This document shows, in pieces, positions 9,716 through 23,823 of a DNA stretch of 64,000 nt. The stretch is from positions 1,888,001 to 1,952,000 of the forward strand of contig CBDCDA010000001.1 of assembly GCA_965215335.1 (NCBI GenBank), in the 5' to 3' direction. Under the pieces are notes generated by a model. It had not been told where the DNA came from. It did no database searches and saw only the letters and a program-made list of their open reading frames with translations. Numbering within the stretch: the stretch's first letter is position 1; every line of letters starts with the position of its first letter. The DNA comes from an uncultured Candidatus Entotheonella sp. GTDB taxonomy: Bacteria; Tectomicrobia; Entotheonellia; Entotheonellales; Entotheonellaceae. Made by a program: the position numbers and the translations under genes.

Positions 9716-10882
9716 ATGGATTTCGAGCTATCGGAGCAGCAGCAGCTAATTCGCACCGAAGTGCGGAACCTGGCGCGGAAATTCGACTGGGGATACTGGC
9801 GCGAGCTGGACCGCAGCGGGGAATACCCGCACGCATTCTTCAACGAATTTGCCGCCAATGGCTGGCTGGGCACGGTCATTCCCACCGCGTACGGCGGCAG
9901 CGGTCTGGGCGTGACGGAGGCTGCCATCGTGTTGCTGGAAATCTGCGCCTCGGGTGCGGGGACGTCCGGCGCCTCGCCGATTCACTTCTCGATGTTCCCG
10001 CCCATGCCGATCATCTTGCATGGCAGTGAAGATATGAAGCGGCGGTATCTGCCCTCCATCGCGCGCGGTGAAATGAAGCTGGCGTTCTCGATAACCGAGC
10101 CCAACGTGGGCAGTGATACCACGCAATTGCAGACGACCGCAGTGCGGGACGGCGACGAATGGGTCCTCAACGGGCGCAAGATCTGGTGCACGAACGCCCA
10201 GAACGCGGACCGCGTTCTGCTCTTGACGCGCACGACCCCGGCGGATCGGGTGGCGAAAAGGTCCAAAGGCATGTCCCTGTTCTTCGCCGAGATGGACCGC
10301 GCCGCGATTGCGGTGCGGCTGATCGAGAAAATGGGTCGCCACGCGGTCGATTCCAACGAGTTGTTCATCGACGGCCTGCGGGTGCCGCACGCTGACCTCG
10401 TGGGCGAGGAGGGAGACGGCTTCTCTCATATCATGACCGGCCTGAATCCGGAACGCATCGTGATTGCGGCGGAAGCGGTAGGCATCGGCAGGGCGGCACT
10501 CGACAAAGCCGTGCACTACGCCAAGGACCGGGTTGTCTTTGGCCGTCCCATCGGCAGGAATCAGGGCGTGCAGTTTCCGCTGGCGGAGGCCTACGCCCGC
10601 CTGGAGGCAGCCGAGCTGATGACGCTCAAGGCGGCGTGGCGCTACGACAACGGATTGCCCTGCGGCAAAGAGGCGAATATCGCGAAGCTGTTAGCGGCCG
10701 AGGCGGGGTGTGACGCGGTTGATCACGCCGTGCAGACGCACGGCGGGTTTGGTTATGCGCGCGAGTTTGACGTCGAGCGCCTTTATCGGGAAGTCCGTCT
10801 GTACAAGATCGCGCCGATTTCTCAGCAAATGGTATTGAATTACCTGGGTGAGCACGTACTGGGCATGCCACGTTCGTATTGA
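9716..10882 (+). CDS. acyl-CoA dehydrogenase
   Basis: ITEPNVGSD, LNGRKIW, R..FGRPIG..QGVQ, AVQTHGGFGY. Confidence 0.95.
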   Translation: MDFELSEQQQLIRTEVRNLARKFDWGYWRELDRSGEYPHAFFNEFAANGWLGTVIPTAYGGSGLGVTEAAIVLLEICASGAGTSGASPIHFSMFPPMPIILHGSEDMKRRYLPSIARGEMKLAFSITEPNVGSDTTQLQTTAVRDGDEWVLNGRKIWCTNAQNADRVLLLTRTTPADRVAKRSKGMSLFFAEMDRAAIAVRLIEKMGRHAVDSNELFIDGLRVPHADLVGEEGDGFSHIMTGLNPERIVIAAEAVGIGRAALDKAVHYAKDRVVFGRPIGRNQGVQFPLAEAYARLEAAELMTLKAAWRYDNGLPCGKEANIAKLLAAEAGCDAVDHAVQTHGGFGYAREFDVERLYREVRLYKIAPISQQMVLNYLGEHVLGMPRSY

Positions 10883-10935
10883 GACCTTGAGGTTTGACAA
10901 AAAGCATGCCCAGACGTTCCGGCCTGCAGACCATT

Positions 10936-11127
10936 TCATCCACAACTGAGGCAGCGGATCTCGGCGAAGATGTCCGCTTGCGCCGTTTCTGCCTCGCGGG
11001 CGTAGTTGACCATGCAGCGCATGGTCTTCGAAACGTCCGGCAAGTTATACTTCGCCGTCATTTCTTCGATAAACACCATCATGTCCTTCTCAAGCTCGAA
11101 CGAATAAGGCGCTTTGTCCTTGGGCAT
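10936..11127 (-). CDS. small hypothetical protein (ribbon-helix-helix-like, C-terminal CxxC)
   Basis: 63-aa ORF with RBS GAGGAG; strand-helix-helix pattern; ends RCLSCG. Confidence 0.6.
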   Translation of the reverse strand: MPKDKAPYSFELEKDMMVFIEEMTAKYNLPDVSKTMRCMVNYAREAETAQADIFAEIRCLSCG

Positions 11128-11224
11128 CTTTCACTCCTCATTGAAACGTGGTGAACAACGTGTCATGGTCTGCTCGGAAGCGCGCCATTATAGCCATAAC
11201 CCGCAGGTGAGGAAAGGGTGTCGA

Positions 11225-12010
11225 ATGAAGCCCTGGCGGTGTTGGGGAAGCCTTGTGGCTTGCGGTTTGGCCCTGGTTCTGAGCGCTGGGCACGCCTCTT
11301 CTGCCTGGGCGCAGAGGGCGGGCGCCGCGAACCCTGGGTCATCCTATCGAGTGGCGGGTGTTGTCGTCGCACGAGGCAGCCTGTCGGTGGACGTGCAAGA
11401 CGAAGACGTCGGGGCGATTTTTCAGGACATCGCCGCGCAGGCACAGATCGAAGTCAGCCACCTGGACGGGCTGCCTGACCGCCGGATATCCATACGGTTC
11501 ACCGACTTGTCTCTCACGGAAGGGATCAAGCGCCTGTTACGTGTGACAGGTATGCCGGGGTATGCGCTCATTACGGCCCGCACGGAAGACGGCGTGAAGA
11601 TCGAACGCATCCTGTTTCTGGACGGCGATGCGAGGGCGGGCGACAAATCGCGTGCTGCTGTCGCGCCACGCACGGCCAGGCGCCGAGCCCGGCGCCTGGC
11701 CGCACGGTCGGAACGCGCGCGCTCGCGTACGGCGGCGCGTGCCCCGCAGGGGACAGAGCGTGCTTCCACGTCGGTTTTTGAGGACCTGAGAGCGAACCCG
11801 GAAACCGAGCGGTTGCTGAACGAGGTTGTGCATCCGAACGAACAGGTACGCGAGCGGGCAATCGAGCGTCTCATGCGGTTGGCGAGCGACACGAATAAAC
11901 AGCGGGACCTGCGCGCCGCGCTTGACCCCTACATGGACGACCTGAGACACGGGGACGAAGAAGCCCGCGGGGAAGCGCGGGACGACATTCGCTCCATGCT
12001 GAGCCGTTGA
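11225..12010 (+). CDS. secreted hypothetical protein with secretin/TonB short N-terminal (N0/STN)-like domain and HEAT-like C-terminus
   Basis: Signal peptide (SSAWA); LSVDVQDEDVGAIFQDIA...ISIRFTDLSLTEGIKRLL; HPNEQVRERAIERL. Confidence 0.6.
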   Translation: MKPWRCWGSLVACGLALVLSAGHASSAWAQRAGAANPGSSYRVAGVVVARGSLSVDVQDEDVGAIFQDIAAQAQIEVSHLDGLPDRRISIRFTDLSLTEGIKRLLRVTGMPGYALITARTEDGVKIERILFLDGDARAGDKSRAAVAPRTARRRARRLAARSERARSRTAARAPQGTERASTSVFEDLRANPETERLLNEVVHPNEQVRERAIERLMRLASDTNKQRDLRAALDPYMDDLRHGDEEARGEARDDIRSMLSR

Positions 12011-12046
12011 TTCCGGGATGATCACGTTGCGCAGAAAGGTGACGTC

Positions 12047-12334
12047 ATGCCGCCAGGTTTCGAAGAAGACGCCGAGGATTCCGTGGTGACGGAAACCGCC
12101 TCGGGCCTCTCGGGGCGATTTTACCGCATATCCCGTATTGCGCTGGGCATTGCGCTGTTGATCGCCGGGTTGGCGGGGCTGGTATTGCCCGTTTTGCAAG
12201 GCGTGCTGCTGATCGTGGCCGCGCTGGCCATCCTTCGCAAGGACATTCCTTTTGTGGCGACGATTTGGGACCGCCGCGTGATTCCTCTGCAGCAACGGTA
12301 TCGGCGTTGGCGTGACGCCCGGCGCCACCGTTAG
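12047..12334 (+). CDS. small membrane protein (PGPGW-like)
   Basis: GIALLIAGLAGLVLPVLQGVLLIVAALAIL hydrophobic hairpin. Confidence 0.65.
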   Translation: MPPGFEEDAEDSVVTETASGLSGRFYRISRIALGIALLIAGLAGLVLPVLQGVLLIVAALAILRKDIPFVATIWDRRVIPLQQRYRRWRDARRHR

Positions 12335-12377
12335 GCAAAAGCATCGGCACCTGGGCTCCAGGCGCCGGGAGTGCACG

Positions 12378-13187
12378 GTGAAAGCGACACCCTATTTCAT
12401 TCAAGTATCGGATACCCATCTCGTAGCCGACACCGGCCTGGAATCCCATGGGGTTAACCCCTACGAGAATCTCGAACGCATCATTGTCCATATTTCCCAC
12501 CTCGACCCGCTCCCCGCCTTTGTCATGTTCACCGGCGACCTGATTGGCGATGACGACCCGCAATCCTACCGCCATCTCGAGCTGCTGACCGCTCGATTGC
12601 CGAGCCCGGCGTACTTCGCCATGGGCAACCATGATCTGCGGCAGCCATTTCGTCGCGTCGTCCTGGGAGAGGCGTCGCCCGGTTCCGATCGGTATTACTA
12701 TACGTTTGATGCTGTCGGGCACCGTTTTGTCGTTCTCGATTCCCTGGTCGAGGGGCGAGTGGCGGGGATGTTGGACGCGGCGCAGCTCGCGTGGCTGGAA
12801 GCCACGCTGACGGACGGTTTGCAGCAACCGACGGTGGCGTTTATGCACCACCCGCCGGTTCCCACGGGGGTGGATTGGCTGGACGCCCATGCATTTGGAA
12901 ACGGGGATGATCTTGTGGACATCCTGGCCAGGCACCGACAGGTGCAACGGGTGTTCTTCGGGCACGTTCATATGCCGCTACAGATCACGGAGCGGGGGGT
13001 GCAGTTTACCAGTGTGCCATCCAGTGCCTACCAGTTCGGGGATACCATCAACGCCCCGAAGGTCTGGCCCGGCCCCCCCGGCTACGGCGTCGTGCACCTC
13101 CTGGAGGGGCGACTGAGCAGCCGTGTGGTTTATTTGCAGGACCCGGTCCTTCTCCGCAAGTTGCATCAAGCAGCGTCCGGGCGGTGA
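12378..13187 (+). CDS. metallophosphoesterase, CpdA/Icc (cAMP phosphodiesterase)-like
   Basis: SDTH, TGDL, GNHD, HHPP and GHVH motifs. Confidence 0.9.
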   Translation: MKATPYFIQVSDTHLVADTGLESHGVNPYENLERIIVHISHLDPLPAFVMFTGDLIGDDDPQSYRHLELLTARLPSPAYFAMGNHDLRQPFRRVVLGEASPGSDRYYYTFDAVGHRFVVLDSLVEGRVAGMLDAAQLAWLEATLTDGLQQPTVAFMHHPPVPTGVDWLDAHAFGNGDDLVDILARHRQVQRVFFGHVHMPLQITERGVQFTSVPSSAYQFGDTINAPKVWPGPPGYGVVHLLEGRLSSRVVYLQDPVLLRKLHQAASGR

Positions 13188-13878
13188 CAAACACCTGGTG
13201 AAACATGGCGCGCGTCAGGCGTCCGGTCTGCGTGTTCTGCCGGCTTGGGTGATACGAAGGTAACAAGGCGTGACCGGTTGGCAGACGCGTAAATTTTCCA
13301 TGCTCGAAGCGTGGACGCGGCGCTGGCAGGTCGTTGCCAATCTGTTGATGGGCACGCAGATAAGCGTCGAAAGCGAGACGTCCCAACGGGACGATCACGC
13401 GTACGTTGTTCAGCAGTCGCAACTCGTCCAGAAAATAGGGCTGGCAGTTCGCGATTTCCTGACGATCAGGTCTGTTGCCGGGCGGAACGCAGTGGACCAC
13501 CTGTGTGATGAAGCAATCGCGGAGGGTAAGACCATCTTGACGATGGGAAGACCCCGGCTGGTTTGCGAAGCGGTAGCGGTGCAAGGCTTCGTACAGCCAA
13601 TCACCACTGCGGTCGCCGGTGAAGGCGCGCCCCGTACGGTTGGCGCCATGCGCTGCCGGGGCCAGCCCGATGACCAGGAGTCGAGCAAGCGGGTCGCCGA
13701 AGCCGGGAACGGGTCTGCCCCAATAGGATTCGCTCCGAAACCGGCGCACCTTTTGAGCCGCCACGTGCTGGCGGTGCGCCACGAGCCGGGGGCAGCGAGC
13801 GCACTTGACAATGCGTTCCTGAATCTGCGCCAGCCTGGGCGCATCTTCAAATAGAGCAACCGCCCGTTCACGGCTCAC
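13048..13878 (-). CDS. uracil-DNA glycosylase family 5 (UdgB-like)
   Basis: CARCPRL Fe-S ligands, GLAPAAHGANRTGRAFTGD, YHPSRQNTQTG. Confidence 0.92.
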   Translation of the reverse strand: MSRERAVALFEDAPRLAQIQERIVKCARCPRLVAHRQHVAAQKVRRFRSESYWGRPVPGFGDPLARLLVIGLAPAAHGANRTGRAFTGDRSGDWLYEALHRYRFANQPGSSHRQDGLTLRDCFITQVVHCVPPGNRPDRQEIANCQPYFLDELRLLNNVRVIVPLGRLAFDAYLRAHQQIGNDLPAPRPRFEHGKFTRLPTGHALLPSYHPSRQNTQTGRLTRAMFHQVFVTARTLLDATCGEGPGPANKPHGCSVAPPGGARRRSRGGRARPSGR

Positions 13879-13904
13879 CTCGCTGTTGCCTCGCCACGAA
13901 CGCT

Positions 13905-14645
13905 CTAAAGTGACATCCCGCCATCGACGACATAGACCGCCCCAGTTACATAGGCCGCCTGTGAGGCCAGGAAGGCAACGACCTCCGCCACCTCTTCAGG
14001 TTGGCCGGCGCGCCCCAAGGGTATCCGTGACACCATCCGCTCCTTGCTGCGCGGCGTTAATCCAGACGTCATGTCCGTGTCAATATACCCGGGCATGACG
14101 ACATTCGCTGTAATGCCATGTGGCGCGACTTCTTTGGCCAGCGAACGGGTGAAGCCAACGAGGCCAGCCTTGGCGGCCCCGTAGGCGGTGTCGCCGGGCC
14201 AGCCAATGCGCCCCACGACAGAAGAAACATTAATGATGCGGCCGCTTTGCCGGGCCGTCATGTGTGGGACAACCCGCTGACAACAATGGAAGGCCCCTCT
14301 CAGACAGGAATCCATCACGCTCTCCCAATCGCTTTCCGGCAGGCGATGTACCTTTCCTCCCCTGTGCAAGGTGGCGTTGTTCACCAGGATATCGATCTGC
14401 CCGAAATGGTCGAGGACGTGCGACATCATCCGCTCCACGTCTTGTCTGGCCGTCACGTCGGCCTGCACCAGCAAGCTCTCCTGCCCGAGCGCCTGGATTT
14501 TCTTTTTGACCTCCATTGCGGCAGCGCGGCGGCTCACGAAGTTGACGACCACGCCAGCACCGGCTGTGGCGAGAGCAAGGGCTACCGCCCGTCCGATGCC
14601 GCGTGACGCGCCGCTGACCAGGGCGACCTTGCCATTTAGTGACAT
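13905..14645 (-). CDS. 3-oxoacyl-ACP reductase-like SDR
   Basis: GASRGIG, NNA, YGAAK, PGYIDTDM. Confidence 0.9.
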   Translation of the reverse strand: MSLNGKVALVSGASRGIGRAVALALATAGAGVVVNFVSRRAAAMEVKKKIQALGQESLLVQADVTARQDVERMMSHVLDHFGQIDILVNNATLHRGGKVHRLPESDWESVMDSCLRGAFHCCQRVVPHMTARQSGRIINVSSVVGRIGWPGDTAYGAAKAGLVGFTRSLAKEVAPHGITANVVMPGYIDTDMTSGLTPRSKERMVSRIPLGRAGQPEEVAEVVAFLASQAAYVTGAVYVVDGGMSL

Positions 14646-14735
14646 GGGGGGCTTCCTTCATTGTGCGAGGACCCGAACAAAAGCATAATAGGCGCTCGCA
14701 TCCAGATCGAGCAAGGGAAGGTTGGCTGAATCGTT

Positions 14736-15605
14736 ATGGACGACACCGCGCCAACGTACAAGTTGCTGGATAGTGGCCACGGCAGGAAACTGGAACAAGT
14801 CGGTCCCTATCGCCTGGTACGTCCGGCCTCGCAGGCCCTGTGGCCGCCCTCACATCCCGCTGAATTTTGGGAAACGGCGGAAGCGTCTTACCAGCGCGGG
14901 CCTTCCGGGTCGGGTAAGTGGCAGCGCAAGAGATACGACTTGCCTGCCACGTGGACGTTGACCCATTGCGGACTGCCTTTGCGCATCAAATTGACCGATT
15001 TTGGCCACCTGGGTTTCTTCGCCGAGCACGGGCCGCACTGGCAATGGTTGCGGGAGCAGGTCGCCGTTGCGGGGCGACCGGTGAGCGTTCTCAATGCCTT
15101 CGCGTACACGGGAAGCAGTACGCTTGCTGCTGCTGCCGGAGGTGCCCGGGTGGTTCATCTGGATGCCGCCGAGGGCATTGTGGCGTGGGCGCGGGAGAAC
15201 GCCCAACTCGCCGGTCTGGCCGCTGCACCTGTCCGCTGGGTCGTCGACGACGTCACCAAATTTCTTGGTCGTGAAGTGCGCCGCGGCAGACGATACGATG
15301 TCATCGTACTCGACCCACCCTCCTTTGGCAGAGGTCCCAAGGGAGAAGTATGGAAACTGACCCACGATCTGCCACGGTTGCTTGACCTATGTCGCCAGGT
15401 GCTCAGCGACCCGCCGCTGGCGGTCGTGCTGAGCACCCACACCCCCGGCATTACGCCGTTAGTCTTGGAAAACATGCTGGCTGACGTAACGGGTCTGGAC
15501 CGCGGGCAACTGCGCAGCATGGAGATGCTGATTCCACAGTGCGGCAGCCCTCGCGGACTACCCAGCGGGGCGTTGGCGCGATGGCGCAGCGACACATACG
15601 GATGA
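14736..15605 (+). CDS. class I SAM-dependent methyltransferase (RlmI/RlmK-like)
   Basis: YKLLDSGHGRKLE, VLNAFAYTG, DPPSFGRGPKG. Confidence 0.88.
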   Translation: MDDTAPTYKLLDSGHGRKLEQVGPYRLVRPASQALWPPSHPAEFWETAEASYQRGPSGSGKWQRKRYDLPATWTLTHCGLPLRIKLTDFGHLGFFAEHGPHWQWLREQVAVAGRPVSVLNAFAYTGSSTLAAAAGGARVVHLDAAEGIVAWARENAQLAGLAAAPVRWVVDDVTKFLGREVRRGRRYDVIVLDPPSFGRGPKGEVWKLTHDLPRLLDLCRQVLSDPPLAVVLSTHTPGITPLVLENMLADVTGLDRGQLRSMEMLIPQCGSPRGLPSGALARWRSDTYG

Positions 15606-16516
15606 AAGCTCCGATCACCAGCTTAAGCAATCCTGTCGTCAAGAACCTGGTGAAGCTGCGTCAGTACAGAGAGCGCGCGAAGCAGGGAATCCTGCTCATT
15701 GACGGTGCCCGTGCGTTGCGCATGGCGCTTCACAATGGCTTTCCTGTCTCGACGGTCTATGTCTCGCAAGCCGTGGCTGACAGACAGGCCGGTCTCATCC
15801 GGTATGCGCAAGACGCTGGCGGGCGCATACAACCGGTCACGCCCGCAGTATTCAGAAAAATTTGTTACGGCGAGCGCTCGGATGGGCTGCTTGGCGTTGC
15901 TCCCTGTCCGCGCGTCACCCTTGGCGACCTTCCCATGGCAGGCAGACCTTTATACCTCGTGGCTGAAGGACTGGAGAAACCCGGCAACCTGGGCGCCATG
16001 TTGCGGTCTGCTGATGCTGCGGCCGCTACGGCCCTCGTGGTTTGCGACGGCCGCACGGATATCTGGAACCCCAATGTCATTCGTGCCAGTCAAGGAGCGT
16101 GCTTTGCGGTGCCCGTTGCGGTTGCAACCGCCAATGACGCGCTGCTGTGGCTACGCCGCCGAGCGATCCAGGTCATTGCCACGGCGCCGTTAGCGCCGCG
16201 GCTGTACTCCGAGATTGACCTGCGACAACCAAGCGCCCTGGTGTTGGGAACCGAACATGACGGCCTGACATCCGTGTGGAGCGGCGAAAACCGCGTGCGC
16301 ATTCCGATGGCAGGACAAGTGGACTCCCTGAACGTTGCTCAGGCAGCTTCCATTTTGTTGTTCGAGGCCGTGAGGCAACGAACCAACAAGACGCCCACGC
16401 ATAGCGACTTGAGCGTGACGAACAGATCGAAAGACGGAGAAGAGGCCGTAACGGGTGAATCGACGGTCGCCGCATGCAAAAATTTTCATGACCAACCGTT
16501 GACAAAGTCGATGTAG
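15602..16516 (+). CDS. TrmH/SpoU family RNA methyltransferase
   Basis: EKPGNLGAMLRSADA, GTEHDGL, IPMAGQVDSLNV; 4-bp overlap with the upstream gene. Confidence 0.92.
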   Translation: MKAPITSLSNPVVKNLVKLRQYRERAKQGILLIDGARALRMALHNGFPVSTVYVSQAVADRQAGLIRYAQDAGGRIQPVTPAVFRKICYGERSDGLLGVAPCPRVTLGDLPMAGRPLYLVAEGLEKPGNLGAMLRSADAAAATALVVCDGRTDIWNPNVIRASQGACFAVPVAVATANDALLWLRRRAIQVIATAPLAPRLYSEIDLRQPSALVLGTEHDGLTSVWSGENRVRIPMAGQVDSLNVAQAASILLFEAVRQRTNKTPTHSDLSVTNRSKDGEEAVTGESTVAACKNFHDQPLTKSM

Positions 16517-16527
16517 GGCTGTATCTT
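16499..16527 (+). promoter_or_regulatory. sigma70-type rRNA operon promoter
   Basis: TTGACA-17 bp-TATCTT about 130 bp upstream of the 16S; boxA-like GTTCTTTGAAA at about 16553. Confidence 0.7.
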
Positions 16528-16658
16528 GACCCTTACCTTGAGTTCGAAGGTAGTTCTTTGAAATCGTACGATGATTCGCGTTTGTTGAGTAGAGGCCCAT
16601 ATTGAATATGGCCGGAAAGCTCTCCCCAGGGAGGGCTGGCTGGGTCATATGCCTTTTC

Positions 16659-18222
<1,564 letters not shown>

Positions 18223-18361
18223 TAGGGAGTCCTGGTCTTCTGTATTTGCAGAAGGCGGAGACTGCAAAGCTGCCTTGCTCTCGGATGCGAATCTCGTACG
18301 ATTTCTTCAGTTCTTTGACAATGACATGATGCGACACCAAGTCTGTTTGTAGTTTAGATAA

Positions 18362-21360
<2,999 letters not shown>

Positions 21361-21430
21361 TTAGCATACGCTGGCTTGGCGCATCGTGTCATTGTTGAGA
21401 GACCTCGTACCGGTTGACACTTTTCTGGAT

Positions 21431-21548
21431 TTTCGGCAGCTATAGCGAAGGGGCAATACCCGTTCCCATCCCGAACACGGAAGTGAAGTCCTTCAGCGCC
21501 GATGGTACTGCACGGGTCGCTGTGTGGGAGAGTAGGTCGCTGCCGAAA
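21431..21548 (+). rRNA. rrf: 5S rRNA
   Basis: CCCATCCCGAACACGGAAGTGAAG...GCCGATGGTACT...GGGAGAGTAGGTCGCTGCCG; complementary ends. Confidence 0.97.
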
Positions 21549-21603
21549 TTTCCGGCCCACCATTTCTTCGCTGCCCATCGTGACTACTCTTCGCACAATC
21601 GGA

Positions 21604-21626
21604 GCATGAGACCGGCGGTCTCATGC
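21604..21626 (+). terminator. stem-loop downstream of the rRNA operon
   Basis: GCATGAGACC-ggc-GGTCTCATGC perfect 10-bp inverted repeat; no clear U-tract. Confidence 0.4.
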
Positions 21627-21876
21627 CTGAGGCAAGAGTTGCCGGCGTGCCAGCCCGCGTGATCAACAAACTCAATACCCGCCTGTGGACTGTAACCCCT
21701 CCTTTCCAACAAACGAAACGACGCGTCTCCTTGCCAACTCGATAGCTCACTTCCTGCCCAAGCCGTGACAGTCCCCCGTGCCAACGCCCCAGGAATCCTG
21801 GCGCAAGCGTTTCTCGAACTGGTCGCAGGGTGAGCTTGTGGCCTCTGCGGGGTGGATTCAGAGCGAGTAAGAGGAT

Positions 21877-23412
21877 ATGTCGAGAGAGTTCCTGACGCCG
21901 GAAGATCGGCAGGTCATGATTTCCCGGGGGAGCACGGAAGAGACCGTGGCGGCGCAGCTGGCTCTTTTCCAGAAAGGGACGCCATGGATCAGGCTGCATC
22001 GACCCTGTACGGTCGGCGATGGCATTGTCGGACTTCGTACGGACGAGATGGAGGTTTTGTCACAGTTATATGCAAAGGCTGTTGCTGCTGGTCGGGTCAT
22101 GAAATTCGTGCCGGCGTCTGGAGCGGCCTCGCGGATGTTTCAGGGACTCTTGCAACAGTTGGAGACGGCGCCTGCAACCCCGAACGACGAAGAGCCGGTT
22201 TCCGGCCGGTTTTTGACGGACCTGCACCGCTTTGCGTTCTATGATGACCTGAAAGCAACCTTGCGCGCTGCAGGACTCGATATCCGGGCATGCATCGCGC
22301 AACGCCGACTTCACAAGATCATGGAACATCTCTTGACATCGCGCGGGCTCGATTACGCCAATTTGCCCAAGGCGCTAATCAAATTTCATCGCTACGCTGG
22401 CTATTGTCGAACGCCTCTGGAAGAACACGTGGTGGATGCCACGGCGCATGCACTCGACCGGGATCATGTCGTTCGAGTGCACTTTACAATCAGCCCGGGA
22501 TGTGAGGCCGAGATCAATCGTTCTATTGAGGAAATGCAGGAGCGTTACAAAGCGACAGGAATTCAGTACCGCATCACGTTGTCGCACCAGTACGCCTCGA
22601 CCGATACGATTGCAGTCGATTCTGACAATCGTCCTTTCCGTGATGGATATCATCGATTGTTGTTCAGACCGGGGGGGCACGGTGCCCTGATCGAGAACCT
22701 GCAGGCGATTCAGGCCGACGTTGTTCACTTGAACAATATCGACAACGTGGTTCACGGCCGTCTCAAGAACGAAACGTACCTCTACAAGAGAGCCTTGGGC
22801 GGTTATCTTGTCGCCTTGCAAGATCAGATATTTACCCACTTGAGACGTTTGGCGGCTGGGCAGGTGAGTTCTTCGCAGATAGGGAAAATCTTCACGTTTG
22901 CCAAAGAAAATTTGTCACTGAGCGTGCCAGGAGAACTGCTTGGGCGACCGACCACCGAGCAGTCGCACTTTCTATTTGCGAAACTCAACAGGCCCTTGCG
23001 CGTCTGCGGCGTGGTGAAGAACCTCGGGGAACCGGGCGGCGGGCCGTTCTGGACGGAAAGCGCTGCGGGCAATCTGTCATTGCAAATCGTAGAGAAGTCG
23101 CAAGTCGACACCTCGGCGGAGAAGCAACGAGCCATTTTGAACGCCTCGACCCATTTTAATCCGGTGGATATCGTCTGCGGAATGCGTGATTACCAGGATC
23201 AGCCTTTCAGACTTGAGGCGTTCAGGGACCCGGACGCCTATTTCATCTCCAACAAAACCCACGAAGGGCGTCCTTTGAAAGCCCTTGAGCTTCCGGGCTT
23301 GTGGAACGGCGCCATGGCTCACTGGAACACGGTGTTCGTGGAAGTACCTCCCAGCACCTTTAATCCGGTCAAAACCGTGTTCGATCTCCTGCGCCCGGAA
23401 CACCAGCCGTAG
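21877..23412 (+). CDS. DUF4301 family protein
   Basis: KFVPASGAASRMF, FRPGGHGALIENL, NRPLRVCGVVKNLGEPGGGPFW, THFNPVD, ELPGLWNGAM. Confidence 0.9.
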   Translation: MSREFLTPEDRQVMISRGSTEETVAAQLALFQKGTPWIRLHRPCTVGDGIVGLRTDEMEVLSQLYAKAVAAGRVMKFVPASGAASRMFQGLLQQLETAPATPNDEEPVSGRFLTDLHRFAFYDDLKATLRAAGLDIRACIAQRRLHKIMEHLLTSRGLDYANLPKALIKFHRYAGYCRTPLEEHVVDATAHALDRDHVVRVHFTISPGCEAEINRSIEEMQERYKATGIQYRITLSHQYASTDTIAVDSDNRPFRDGYHRLLFRPGGHGALIENLQAIQADVVHLNNIDNVVHGRLKNETYLYKRALGGYLVALQDQIFTHLRRLAAGQVSSSQIGKIFTFAKENLSLSVPGELLGRPTTEQSHFLFAKLNRPLRVCGVVKNLGEPGGGPFWTESAAGNLSLQIVEKSQVDTSAEKQRAILNASTHFNPVDIVCGMRDYQDQPFRLEAFRDPDAYFISNKTHEGRPLKALELPGLWNGAMAHWNTVFVEVPPSTFNPVKTVFDLLRPEHQP

Positions 23413-23550
23413 AGCGCACCCAGGTGGGTGGTTTGAATTGATCACTTGGAACCCCGACCTGATTCGCCATAAGCCTTGAGCAGCAGGAACTCCTCGTCTC
23501 GACCTCACCGAACAGTCCAAGCAGCCGCTTCCTTCTGATTGAGCAGCCGT

Positions 23551-23769
23551 TCACGACGTGGTATCGGCGACCTCGTCCAACAGGGCATCCAATACGGCGG
23601 TGCGAGACTGCAGAGGCAGCAACAGCGTCTGCTCGATGATCTCCTTCAAATCCGTCATGTCGGGATGCATGTCGTCGGTCATGCCTTCCAGCGTCAGAAC
23701 GGCCTGTTCCAGCGAGTCCTTGGCGTCTTCCAACCCCATAAGCACTTCTTCAATCAGAACGATAGCCAT
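23551..23769 (-). CDS. small acidic helical hypothetical protein
   Basis: 72-aa ORF with RBS GAGGAGG, downstream of trpA. Confidence 0.6.
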   Translation of the reverse strand: MAIVLIEEVLMGLEDAKDSLEQAVLTLEGMTDDMHPDMTDLKEIIEQTLLLPLQSRTAVLDALLDEVADTTS

Positions 23770-23823
23770 ATTTTGTCCTCCTCAGGCCGATGACATTATA
23801 TGCTTGTGGTCATGTAACCCTTG

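Noticed and set aside
18223..18361. tRNA genes in the ITS
   Set aside because: No cloverleaf or T-loop (GTTCRA) context is visible, and the spacer is too short for tRNA-Ile plus tRNA-Ala.
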